Positions 10,801 to 23,294 of a stretch of 64,000 bases of DNA are shown piece by piece. This DNA is from Thecamonas trahens ATCC 50062 (lineage: Eukaryota; Protista; Apusomonadida), in NCBI RefSeq assembly GCF_000142905.1, contig NW_013657658.1:248001-312000 (forward strand), given 5' to 3'. Numbering within the stretch: position 1 is the stretch's first letter; the number at the start of each line of letters is the position of its first letter. The notes beneath the pieces are model-generated. The model searched no databases. It was given only the letters and a program-made list of their open reading frames with translations, and had not been told where the DNA came from. Both the position numbers and the translations under genes were made by a program.

Positions 10801-13717
10801 TGCCACAAACGTCACGTTGATCTCTCCGCCGCTGGCAGCCAAGGCGCCCGAGGTGAGCGACGCGCTCACCGGACTCACTGCGAGCACCCCCGTGAGCCAA
10901 CGTCAACGCTCACACTGACGGCTGTCACATAGACATCGGCGTGGGGCGCAGTTGCCGGCGCCAGCTCAAAGATTGACCATCCCACTCCGCCGCGGGCAAC
11001 AGGCACCAGTCGCGTCCCATCGCTAAACTCGGGCGTTGTGTCGCCAGACGAGACCGCGACCAATCCGGTCCCCCAAGAACTTCAAGGAGTGGTGGCGCAG
11101 GTACGCACATGCCCGATTCAGGTCCGCTCAGCATGTACCCTGCCACACACGCCGTGCAGTAGCTCGAGGAGCCCGAGCACTCGGCACAGAACGCTCCACT
11201 GTCGCACGTCCCACACACGCTCGTCTTGCTCACAAAGTAGCGACCAGGTGGACACGGCTTGACGCACGAGATACCGTTGTCTGCAGCTGCGAATCCCGGC
11301 GCGCAGCTAGAACATCCGCTTGATGGCGTCGTCGTACACAGCGCGTCGGCGCCACAGTTGAGCACTATTTCGCAGGAAGCCGACGGGCCAAAACCCTTTT
11401 TGCACGACGAGCACGCCGCATTGCGCGCGCCGACGCCACACGTCTGCGGCACGCCGTGGACGCACGCGGACCCGCTCGTCCCACATCCGTTTGGCAACCC
11501 AGTCGTGATCGCCCCGCCGCTGCATACCACGTTCGGCTCGCAGGTGTGCAGCGCCACGTTGCCGCACACCGCAGAAACGCTGTCAAAGGTCGCAGATCCC
11601 ATCGCACCCGACACAGACAGGCCGGCGGTCAAGGCCGGCGTGCTCGCCGCGTTTGTCCGGACCACACTGGTGGTCACATTCACAGCCGCGTTTGCCACAA
11701 CAAGTCCTGGAGTCGGCCCGCTGTTTGCCTCCACCACAGACTGCGATATTGATGTGCCTGTCGCCGCATACAACCCGCTTCCGTCGCCGCTGGCGCTGTT
11801 GTTGGTCACCGTCGCGTACCCGACATGAATTGTGGAGCTTGCACCGGGCCCCAGCCAGATACCACCGCCGCCGCCACTCGCGGCGTTGCCCGCCACCGTC
11901 AGTCCGCTTGTCGGCTCCAGCCGGACGTCGATGCCACTGTTCGAGCTCGCTACAGCGATGCCTCCGCCATCAGAGCTCGCGCTGTTGCCCTCGACCAGCC
12001 AGGCCAAGGAGCCAGTCGAGACCAGCGATACGTCCGCGGACGCTGGAATGGCAATTCCGCCGCCGACTGCTCCGGCGCTGTTGCTACGGACTGTCCACGC
12101 CCCGGTTGCACTCACAGACCCGGACGTGCCGCCCAGACTCACGCCACCACCTGAACCGCCGGCTGCGTTGGCCTCGGCCGTAATCGTGCTAGCACACGCC
12201 AGCGAGCCGCTCAACGGCGCCAGCCACATGCCACCACCATCGCCGCTAGCAATGTTGCGGAGCGACTCGATCGTCACACTTGCATCCATGGCACCCACAA
12301 CACCATACAGCCCGCCGCCAGAGCCGCCGGCCGTATTGTCACTCACCACTAGTCTGCCCGATCCCATCACGCTTGCCACACTCGCCAGGAACACCCCGCC
12401 ACCATTCAAGCCTGCCGAGTTGCCGCGTACAACCGTCTCGGGCCCGGCGAGTGCCAGGATCGATCCACCGCCAGAGACTTGAAAGCCACCGCCAGATCCT
12501 GTGCTGGCCGTGTTGCCCTCAATGAGGCAGCCAGATATCGTGACCGCGCTTCCGGACTTCATGTTGAGAAGCATGGTGCCGCTCGTGCCGCTCACCGTGT
12601 TGTTCATCACAGCAACATTGCTCAATGATGACGTGTCTGCGGCCTGGAACCTGACCAACGAGCCAGATGCAGTGTTGGCACGAAAGACGACGTTGGTGAA
12701 GTCATTGTAAGAGACTGGTGCGGTCTTGATCATCTCTGTTGCTGTGCAGCTTTCCACCACCACATCCTCAACTTGCATGACTTTGGCAAAGCCCTGAAGA
12801 TCGATCAACGTAGCTGACACGGATACTCTTGTGAACGATGTGTTCGTGATGAAAACAGACGCACCGGACTTGCTCGCAATGAGCCTTGGGGTCGACGGCG
12901 CAGAGATGTCAATGAACGTCGAGTCTTCAAGCTCGACTATTTGGGGAACCAAGGACGCGCCAGTATAGCTTGATGCAATGTCACTCACCGACAAGCTGTA
13001 GCAGCGCAAAATAGCTCCGTTGGCAACAATAGGGCCGTTCAGAGTACCCAGGCTAGAGGTGATGGTCACGTTGCGCAGGAGAAGGTCGCTCAACGACGAG
13101 AGGTTAATGATACCGAAGCCGGAACTCGCATGGCGGCGCGGGCCATCGACGACCACATTGATCACGGAGACTTCTCCATTTCCAACCGGCACTTGAACAA
13201 GACCAGTGACATTCCGCACAGCCGTGTCCTCAATGACAACGTTGCCGAGTTGCACGTCAAAGACAAAGTCGGCGCCATGTTCGACCACGACGTCCGATAC
13301 AAACAGAGTATGTACATCCGATGCAAATCTGCCCGACATGACCATATCAGGATAGATGATGGAGACGCTTGTCAAGGTTACGTCGGCGGCATGGGCATTG
13401 CCTGGATCGAGAGCAAAGAGAGGCTGAGAGGCCATTCCGGGCGTGCAGACAATGAGCGAGGGGTTGGCCACATCATTCGAGCCACGGACCACGACAGGGA
13501 AAGTCGAGGGAATGACGACCGACGTATTGCATGTTGTGTATGTACCAGGCATGAGCTGGAGAATGTTGTCGGCAGGGGTGAGGAGCGCAGCATACGCCGC
13601 CACTGAGGCCATTGGGCCAGGGGGTACCACGACGGCGCCAGCCCCCGCACCGACCGCAGCCGAGTCGAGGAGGAGGGCGACGGCGGCAACGAGAACAAAG
13701 ACGGGCAGTCTTGCCAT
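7838..13717 (-). CDS. Receptor-type class III nucleotidyl cyclase-like protein: signal peptide, PMP-like GGG(I/V/L) beta-helix repeats, furin-like and DxCGVCGG Cys repeats, TM, cyclase homology domain; split by three -1 nt frame breaks
   Basis: ORFs 10925..13957, 10875..11063, 9379..10887 and 7838..10246 join by adding one G at G-runs. Signal peptide MARLPVFVLVAAVALLL; TM YMLWLAGATAGMLICGGLVFVVLYYL; cyclase motifs FTDVESSTTLWE, GYEVRTEGDAF, GLRVRVGLH, GGQTVVS. Confidence 0.8.
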
Positions 13718-14015
13718 ACATCCACCCACATGGTATTGCCCTTGTTCTCGGGTGAGTATACCGCTCTTGCTTTTTGCCTTCATCTTGCTTGTGTTGGTAG
13801 CAAAGGCGGCGGCGTGCGGTGGTCCGTGACCCGTGATGCGAGTGCGGAACGTGAGCGTGCACCATTTGTGTTTGCAACGCATCGAACAAAAAAAGTGGTG
13901 CGCTGGCAGCGTGGGCAGGGCAGCCGTGCCCGCCGCACTGTTTACCAAATCGACCACCCTTACCGTTAGAGAGGGGGTACAAACCTACACAGCGGACATT
14001 TGGCGGGCGATGTGT

Positions 14016-17000
14016 TCAATTGGCAAACTTGGCGCGTGAGGCCTCGACAACGGCGCGTTTGAGACTCTTGATGACAAAACCGGCCGACTCATTGAGCTGG
14101 GCGACAAGCTCGAGAGAGTGGCCCACGTCGTCGTTGTCGTCAATGCCCATCAGCTGCCGAATCCAGAGCTCAATGTTGAGACCGGCCTTGGTAACACTTG
14201 ACCACCGCTGGACAAGGCCGAGGATCTCGATCGCAAAGGTGTAGAGCGCAAAGGCATCATCGCTGCGCGCGACTGCCAGCTCCATCGACGCCACGACCTC
14301 CTGCTTGCACGAAATGTACCGCCGCAGGCGCGAGCCAAAGTGCGAGATGAGCTCGCCGCGCTCGGTGAGAATCTCCTCCACTAGCTCGGGATCAACCTTG
14401 GCCCGCAGCAGCTCGAGACGCTGGTCTGCGGTCTCGACGCTCACCCGCGCCCGCACTCCGAGCTGCAGCTCCTTCATCTGGTCGCGGATGCCGCTGATGA
14501 GCGCAAAGTCCGGTACGGTTGCAAGCACGCCATGGTTGGCAGCAAAGACGACCGCAGCATCGCGTTGAAGCATCGACACAATGTCGTGGGCGAGTGGAAC
14601 AAAGGCAAATGACTCGCCGTCACCAGCCTCGCTGCCGCGCACAGCATCCTTCCACCGACGCACGTGCTTGAGGATGTGTAGATTGGGCGAGCCGGGTGAC
14701 TGTGCCTGGCTTTTGCTGCTGTGCGAGACGTCGAGCGTTGGCCGGACAGGTGTCGAGACGTTGTCGGTCGAGACTGGCTCGAGAACGCGCGCGCCTGGCC
14801 GCTGCTGCGAGCTTGTCGTCACTGCCCGCTGTCTCGACATGGAGGTTGGTGAAAGCAGCCGCGACGGGACAGCAGACATGCGTGCTGGCGCTTCGGAAGC
14901 CCCGGGTGGCGGATCGGTCATCTCGGCCATCTCCAGCTCCCGGATAGCCGGTGAGCGAACGGCTTTGAGGGTGGCGTACTTGCCCGGTTCACGCTTGCGC
15001 ACGGGGCGCGACGGTGCTGGTGCCTCGGACGCCCGCGACCGCAGCCCACGCGAGCCATGGCGTCCGCCCCGTCGCTCGACGACAGCCGAGACCGAGCGCT
15101 TCATACTAGCTCCCGCCTCGCCATCGTCGTCCGAGTCGATGGTTTCGTCGCCCTGGTTGTCAGGGCCGAGGATAACTACGCGGTCGACAGACCGGGGCGT
15201 CGACTCGGGCGAGTCGGGCCCGAGAATCGAGTCGACACGCGGGACAACCGAGAGCCCCGAGTCGTTGGCAAACAGGCCATCCTTATTCGATCTCGACGAT
15301 GCCTGTCGCGCGAGCGCGAGCTCCATGACCGTCTCGTCAAACAAGACGAGGTCGAGGCCGGAAAAGTGTTCCATAAGCACGTCTGCGAGTAGCGCCTGCC
15401 ACGCATCGACGCTTGACTCGCCCTCGTGCTGGTCCCACAGCTCGGTCCCAACCACCGCATCAAGGCGGTGCACAAAGTCGGCCCGCGACCGCTCGCGCGA
15501 GCGGGTGTTAAGAGCATGCAGCATGTTCCGCCACTCAGCAAAAGCGTTGACGTACTTGTCCGGATCGACATTGTTTTGGTCGAGCGAGAGCTGTGCCGTG
15601 AGAGCCAGATGCTCCTCGAGCACTGAAAAGAGCATGTCCGGGAGTGAGACCGGTGACCGCCCGCATCCGCGACGCTCCAGCCCAGCCACGCGTGCAGGCA
15701 TCCGCCCGGCAGCCTCGTAGTCGGCGGCCAGCGAGTGGAAGACCGGCGTCCGCTCGCTGAGAAGCTTGGCCAGCTCCGAGTGTCGCTCCGGTACACTAGC
15801 GCCAGCCCGCAACACCGCCAGCAGTGCCGAGAGCGCCGACACCCGCGCCTCTTCGCGTCCGAGCATGTACGACATGAACAGACTATCCCACACGAAGAAA
15901 ATGAGTGAGCTCGGCGACGATGGCGCCCATAGCGCGTGCGCCAGCGTCTCCGCCAGCGACTCGGCTCCAGCCTCGCGATCAGGACCAGGCAGCGCCACCG
16001 TCGACGCCAGCTCACCGAGCTCCGGCACGCCCAGCGCTGAGCCGACAGCGTGGAGGGCGAGGACGCACTCGGCATCGTGCTCACGCGCAGAGTGCAGCGA
16101 CCGAAAGTCAAGGTCAATCGCCAGGAGCCAGGCGTAGACGTGAAGCGGGCCGAGTGGACCGAGCGTCACACACGCCTTGGGTGCCGGCCACAGTCCGGTA
16201 AAGGTCTTGCCAAGCAACGACATGGCGGCAATGAGATCGTACGCCGCCGAAGCTGTCGTCTCGAGGCATGCTGCCTTGACCAGGACGGCAGCCATAGGCG
16301 GAATCCTCGCCTTTCCGCCCTGCTCCGACCACATCGCCGGATACGCAGTCTCGAGGTAGCTCTTAACGTCGAGCTGTGCAAAGAGCTCGACAATGTCGGG
16401 CTTGGGCGAGTCGCCGTACCGCCCACTCCGATCAATGCCGAGGAGCGGTCGGAGGAGGAGCGAGCGGACGGCGGCGGCAAAGACATAAAAGTTGGCCGCG
16501 AAAAGGTCGGGCGACGATGTGAGGCAGAGACCCATTGTCGCCCACAGCGCTGCGCCAAGTCGGGCAACAACTTGCTGTGCGCCAGCGGTTGACGTATCCA
16601 GATCATCGGCGGCATCGTCACCGCCGCCGTCTTCGTCGCTCTCGCCGCTTCCGTCACGGCTTGTCCTCAACGGGTCGGCGTGGAGCAACGCGCCAGAAGG
16701 CACGCCAACGCTCAACCACCGCCCCAAGTCGATCGAGTCAAAGACAGCTGCGAGAGAGACAAGCATCTCGCGAAGGAGCGGGAGCTCAATGGCATCGTAC
16801 GCGGCAGCGGAAATGCCTATGTGAATGCGCTGCATGAGCGCCTCGAGCACATTCATCATAAACTCGCCAGGAAGAGCGCGGAAGATCTGCAGTGCGCGGC
16901 GCGCCTGGTGTGGATACTTGGCTTTGAGGCCCCACTTGAGCGCCTCAAGCGACCAAGCGTGCATAGTGACGGTCTCGCGGCCCATGAGCTGGACCAGATC

Positions 17001-20000
17001 ACCGACAAAGGCCTGCAGCGTAGTGGTAGATGGGTCGTTGTCGCCAACCTTGAGCCGCGGGTGGAGCCGCGGTTCACGCGCCCACAGCGGCGCCTCGGTG
17101 GCGGTGAGCGAGTCGAGCAAGCCATCGACGAGCTCGTCGGACGCCGTCGATGGAGCCAGCGCTGCAATGACGTTGACAAGCAGGACTTTGGCGTGGTGCC
17201 ACACAACCGAGTTGGGCGAGTCCATGAGCAGGACGCCGGCGTTGAGGACGACGTGGGTGGCGTCGGTGAGGACAAAGGCGGTCTCGGGAATGAGCTCCGA
17301 GAGCAGGATGACAGCCATCTCAAACTGCGAGATCCGAGCCGACGGCGGTGGCCCGGCCCGGCCGCGCTCGAGAAACGCCGGCAGTAGCGAGGCTTCCGAG
17401 GTGTACGAGCGAAGTGACTGGGAAAAGGCCTCGTGCTCGTCCGACTCGCGGAGCTGGAGCACGTTGAGAAGCATGAGGACCACGTCCTGCGGGACGTACC
17501 GGACAAGGTAGACAACAACAGACTTGGCAACCGGGACAAAGCCCGGCATGTCGGCGTTGGTCCCGACGTCGAGCAGAAAGGCCATGACGGCATAGATGGG
17601 CAGGGTGGCAGCAACCAGCTGCCACGCCCGCTCGAGCTGCTGCACATGCGCTTCGCCGTAGAGCAGAGTCAGCTTGAGGAGCGAGCGCAGGAGGGCAATG
17701 GTCCGCTTCCGTGAGCCAGCGGCCTTGCCGGCCTTGGCGGCGCGGACTTCGGCGTCGGCAGCAGCCTCTGTCACCACCTTGAGCATCGGCAGCATGTAGT
17801 GAAGGACCTGGTTGACAGTCTCAAAGCCGAGCTTGCGGTCGACAAGCAGGGAGTGAGTTGTCTCATACAGCGAGCGCGCCAGATGCGGGCACGAGGTCAT
17901 CAGACTCTGGACAAGCTCAAACTGCCACTGCAGGCACTTGCTGGAGACGTCCGAGGCAAACTGCCACTTGCCCTTCATGATGAGCGACTCGGCGGCGACG
18001 CCAAGGGTGATGGCGTCAATGACCTGCAACGCCAGCTTGCGAGTCCCAAGCGTCGGCGACGCCCACTGGAGCAGCGCGAGGTGGAGCGCGGGGCCAAAGG
18101 CAATGTCGGGGCCGGGTTTGCGGATGGCATCGGTGCTGTCGCCATTGCTGGCCTGCTCACTCGGTTCGTTGTCGGCGGTTCGGACTAGCACAAAACGGCC
18201 GATGGCATAGAAGAGCGCTTCCCGAATGGGCGCAGCCTCGGTCTCGAGAACAAGCGCGGACATGCGGTCGAGAACACCGGTGGTGGTCTCTGGCGAGCAG
18301 AGGGTGGCCGACTGAGCGAGAATGAGAAAGGCGGCCTGGCGAGCAATGTCGAAGAGCGGCGCATCGCAGTCGGCGCACTGACTCAGCAGCTTGCGAGTCC
18401 AGGCCATGGCCTTGCCGGTGGCGGCAAAGACGCCGTTCTCAAACTCGGGCCCGTACCATGTGCTCAGCGCCGCCGAGGCCATGACAATGGCGGTGGCTGG
18501 CGGGGTTGTCTTTGCAACAGCAAGCGGGGCGAATGCTTCAAAGAGCTGCTTGCGGAGCTGCTTATACATGAATGAGAGCGACGAGAGGCGGAGGAGCGCC
18601 TGCGACTCGATCTCTTGCAGTGTCTCCTCAGAGTCGGCCAGCTCATCGTCTGAGTCGCCGCTGCCGCCGCGGGTGGTGCTGAGCTTGCCCGCTGAGTTGA
18701 AAGCCACGACTCCCGACCGCGCATCCCAGCGGTATCCAAAGTAGCACGCGTTAAGATCGGCGACAATCGACGCTAGGTTCGCCGCCATCAAGTCGGGCGC
18801 GTCGTTGGTTGCCCGGTCGACGACAGCACGCACGTCGAGAGGTACGAGAGAAGGTGCTTACGAAGTGAACCATCCATGTGCAAAATGTCCGAGTCGAGGC
18901 GCGGAACGAGGAGCGCCATCAGCTGCGATGCCGCCAGCTGGGTCCGCAGCTTTTGGTCGGTGGTAAAGACCGGTGGTGGGCCTCCGTCAGAGTCGGAGCT
19001 GCCGGCGCCTCCCGAGGCAAAGAGCGAGTCCGAGACGAGTCCCGAGACAAACGAGGTGATAGCGGTGACAAAGGCGCCCGCATGCGAGGTCGAGGCCATG
19101 GGCACCGCCTCGAGGACGGCGTCGACATGGGCTGGTGCCGCTGAAAAGAGGGCGGCAACGGTCCAGGTGTAGAACTGGAACGGCGAGATGGTCCACAGCG
19201 AGGTCGGCGGGATGACAGTGAGGTCCGGGCGAAGAAAGGCGGACGGCAGCGGTGGTGGCGCGTTGGGATCAGACGACGTCGGCGGAGCCTTGTGCGGAAC
19301 GGTCGCCATGGCAAGCGCAAGGTAGTTGCGCCAGGCGGAAAAGGTGACCTTGATGGCAGCGCGCGCGACGTTGGAAGTGTCGCCGATGACGACCGCCTTG
19401 CCAATCGGCCGCGGCTGGACGGCGGCGAGGCGGCCTAGCGCAATAGGCCACATGATGCCGAGCGCTGGGGCGAGGGCCTGCCAGCGAGCGGCCTCGGCGC
19501 CGAGCGCACCGAGGAACCGAGCCCAGGCATCACGAGCAGAGCGCGACTCACGCGACGACAGCTCCTCCACCGTAAGCTCGGAAGGAACGTCGTCGGGCGA
19601 GTCGAGACGGTGTGCGCGGGCAAGGAGCTGCGAACCATGCGAGATAATGAGGCCCATGATGGTGACCGGCGGTGGAGACCCAGAGTCGATTGCCGCGTTG
19701 TTCAGATGGACGTCGAGAAGAGTAAAGCCATGAAGCGCGAGTGAGCGCACTTCGCCAAGGACCGAGCAAAGCGCGAGGAGGAGGGAGGCGCGGAGCGAGT
19801 CAACGTTGAGCCCATCGTTGGCCGGTGCCTGTCCGCTAAGACTCTCGTTGTGAATTGATGGCGCGCCGTAGACAGCAAGCGTCTCAAGCCAAGACACAAG
19901 CGTGCGAAGATAGGTCGGAAGCAACTCGCGGGTCAGCTTGTTCTCTGCCGGCAGGCTGCGGATGTGAACCGAGAGGTGATTGATGAGGTCGGCGCGAGCC

Positions 20001-22009
20001 GAGCCCCAGTCGGCAGCTGCGTCAAAGATGGCCCGTGCCGAGGCGTGGGCAGCGTCGCGAAGCCGAGCGTCGGTGTGGACCATAAGCTTGACGAGCTTGG
20101 CGAGGATCTCGGGCATAGTGTCGAGGTACGAGGAGGAGACACAGGCCGGAAGGGCGCGAACAAGCGCGAGAAGAAGGCCAAATGAGAGGCCGGAGCCAAA
20201 GTGAGTGGCAAAGGCATCGGCGTTGGGCGCAGTAGCCTTCGAGTTGGAGAGGAGCAAGTTACCAAGCTCGGCGTCGAGAGCCATCCACCAGTGGGAGAGT
20301 GAGGAGAGAACAAGCTCGACGTCGTAGAGAACGTGCGAGACAGCGGCACTACGGCAAGCGTCGTCCATGGCGGCGAGGGCGCCAAACCCGAGCGCGGCAC
20401 GCTTGGGCCACTTGATGTCGGTGAGGAGGTTGAAGAAGGCAGCATCCATGGCGAGCTCGGGGGCGAGCTGAACAAGGGCAACAATGACATCGACGTAGCA
20501 GTTGAGCGGCGTGTGTTCGGCGAGGGCAATGTCGACAACCTGAGAAAAGGTGAGCGAGCCCATAGCCATGATGCGGGCCATGGGTTTGGAGCGGCTGAGC
20601 GTCTTGAGGGCCGCCTTGCGCGAGGCTTTGGCCTCTTTGGCAGCCTGTTTGGCCGACGGGATGGGGAAGAGGAGCGAGGTGACCTTGGCGAGCGGGGCAT
20701 CCAGGGCATCAATGACATCGGTGTGGCCAATGTCTGGGTCAAGGTCGAGACGAAGAGCAGTGAAAAAGGTGGCGAGAGCCCGAAGCGCCTCGGCCCGCTC
20801 GGTCTTTCCCTTGAACATTTTGCAGACCGGGCTGAGAAAGGCCGACGACGAGAAGAGTTTGGGCGCCAGAGCCAGATTGGCGTGTCTGAGTGGGAGAACG
20901 ACACTAAGAGCGAGGTAGCCGTCAGCAGCAGTCTTGGCCTTGCCGCACATCTTGACCACGGCCTTGTGCAAGTCCGAGACCGTGGCGGGAAAGCCCGGAA
21001 GGCCTCGGAGCTCGACGAGGGCGTCACGGTCGCGGAAGAGAGGTAGCAGAAGGCGCGGCAGGCCACGGAGAACCTCGACACGGACATCGCCTGACTTTGC
21101 TGCAGGCTTGCCGGTCTCGACAATGCCTGCAAGCTTGCCGAGGAACGAGAGGACCAGCCGCGGAGTCTCGGGCCGCGGCGTGGCCGCGGTGAGATCGAGC
21201 GACGAGACGGCCCGGAGGAGATGGATGATGTGCGGCGGCTTGGCGGCGTCTTCGAGTTCGGACGAGAACTCAATAATGATGTCCTTGAGCTTGACGGCGG
21301 AAGTGAGAGCGAGGACAGCCGAGAGCTGGCTCAAGCCAAAGACGGCGTTGGCCTCGATGGTGGTGAGATCAAACTTGGACGGGATCTTGGACGGGATCTT
21401 GAGCTTGGACCGGATGCCATCGTAGGCGGCACGCATGATCTGTAGGGCTAGCTCTGACGGAAGCGCCCGAAGGAGGTCCGGAGTGAGGAGGGTGGAGAAG
21501 AAGAGGCCAAAGAGCGCGGCGTGGGTGCAGGCCTTGCGGATCTTGAGCAGAGTCTTGGCCTCGGCGACGGAGACGGCAATAACCGCAAGCGATGAGCTGT
21601 CATTCAAAGATCCAGAGTCATTAGTCGAGCGCACAGGCGCCGAGTCTGGAGCCTCGTTCGAGTGCCTGGCAAAGGCATCTGCCTGGGCATCGCCCACTTC
21701 GAGCGGGACGTAGGCGAACCAGTTAAGGAGAGCAGAGAGCGAGGCCGAGACAGCCGGTGAATGTGGTCCGAGGCGAGTCAGCATGGCCTTGAGCGAGCGC
21801 AGAGCATGATGCAAATCAAGGGCAGTATCCTCACTCAGTGCATCTTCCACACGAGGTTCATCATTGACCGGAAACGATGTGGTGGTCCTCACAAAGGTCT
21901 TCGCTGCGAGTGTGGTGGCCAAGTCAACGACGTCGGCCAGAGGCGTGGGGGCTGCCACCGTCCCCGGGATAGCCTTCTTGAGTGACCACGCCCGGACAAG
22001 AGACACCAT
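14016..22009 (-). CDS. FRY: Furry/TAO3/MOR2-PAG1 family HEAT/ARM scaffold (cell morphogenesis); ORFs joined near 18773-18861; 5' end uncertain (next to gap)
   Basis: Long helical protein with Furry-like segments WSLEALKWGLKAKYPHQARRALQIFRAL, LLMDSPNSVVWHHAKVLLVN and VAKSVVVYL. The junction is either an 89-nt GTAAGC..CTAG intron or a missing base. Confidence 0.8.
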
Positions 22010-22568
22010 AGTAGAAGAGAGGTGGCGGGAGAGAGTGGTGGGGGGGGTGGGGGGGGGGGGGTGGCTGAGTTGAGTGAGTAGGAGGGGGGGGTGGGGGCTC
22101 TCCCCTGAAGGGAGGAAATCCTTATCTTTTTCATCTTTTTCCGGCACCCTCCCCCCCCCCCCNNNNNNNNNNNNNNNNNNNNNNNNNNNNNNNNNNNNNN
22201 NNNNNNNNNNNNNNNNNNNNNNNNNNNNNNNNNNNNNNNNNNNNNNNNNNNNNNNNNNNNNNNNNNNNNNNNNNNNNNNNNNNNNNNNNNNNNNNNNNNN
22301 NNNNNNNNNNNNNNNNNNNNNNNNNNNNNNNNNNNNNNTCAGAGAAGTTTTTTTTTGTTGGACAATGATGCGCTGAGGATGATGGGGGGGGGAAGGGGAC
22401 AGGGGAGTCACGAGGTTTGGCGGGGGGGGGGGAAGGGGGGGGGGGGGGGAGGGGTTAGGGAAGGGGAGGAGGAGGGGGAGGGTAAGAGTAGGAGTGCGTT
22501 TGTGTGGGTGAAGGCGTGGTTTCATGAGAGAGGCTCGGGCTCGTGTCTCGGTGCACATGACGCCTTAG

Positions 22569-23260
22569 CCCTTACTGGTACGGTTGTTCAGACGCATTGT
22601 TGCGCGTCTCAAAATGAACAACTCGATGATGCTTGACTTCCAGGTCACCGACCGACGCTGCGTGACGCCTGCTTGGCCTGCGGCTTGAGGTGGGAGGCGC
22701 GCCTGCACGTGATGGCGGCTGACACGTAGACGCCCGCCTGAAGGATGCCCGACCTGGGAGCACGGGCGAGGCGCACGAGATGCCGTATGGCGCCGATCCG
22801 GAGGAGCGGCGGGCGCGGACGGTGCGGAGCTTGTTGTTGACGACCCCGACGACAGGGAAGGAGAGCATGCCAGAGTTGAACACCGCGGCCGGACGGGAGC
22901 GCGCGAGGACGTCTTGCGACGGACGAGGTTGCCGGTCGGCGAGGCCGCGCAAGTGGTCGCACACCATCTTGTGCTGGGTTCTGGACGCCGCACTCATCAA
23001 CGCGTACGCGCTCGACGCTGACGCGAGCTCACGCCCTGCCATGCCTCGCGTTGCATTTCTCTACGACATCATCGACGCCCTCGTCGCCAGCGCCGACGCC
23101 GTCAGCTCCGCGCCCTTCGCCGACTGTTGTCTGTTGTGGCAGCCATGAACACATTGTACTACTCTTTTACAACAATCCATGGACGTTGCGACGTCTGTGG
23201 AGCGTCGCCGGAGCGCGGCTTGCGCGATGGACATCTTTGTCCATTCCGTACTGTAAAGGG
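22569..23260 (+). mobile_element. Degenerate non-autonomous piggyBac-like DNA transposon with a transposase C-terminal remnant
   Basis: Peptide RKWSHTILCWVLDAALINAYAL..RVAFLYDIIDALV resembles the piggyBac transposase C-terminal core. Imperfect inverted ends CCCTTACTGGTACGG / CCGTACTGTAAAGGG (11/15 match); left flank TTAG. Confidence 0.65.
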
Positions 23261-23294
23261 CAAGGCAAGGACGGCATCTGGGTCGTGACGCTGG

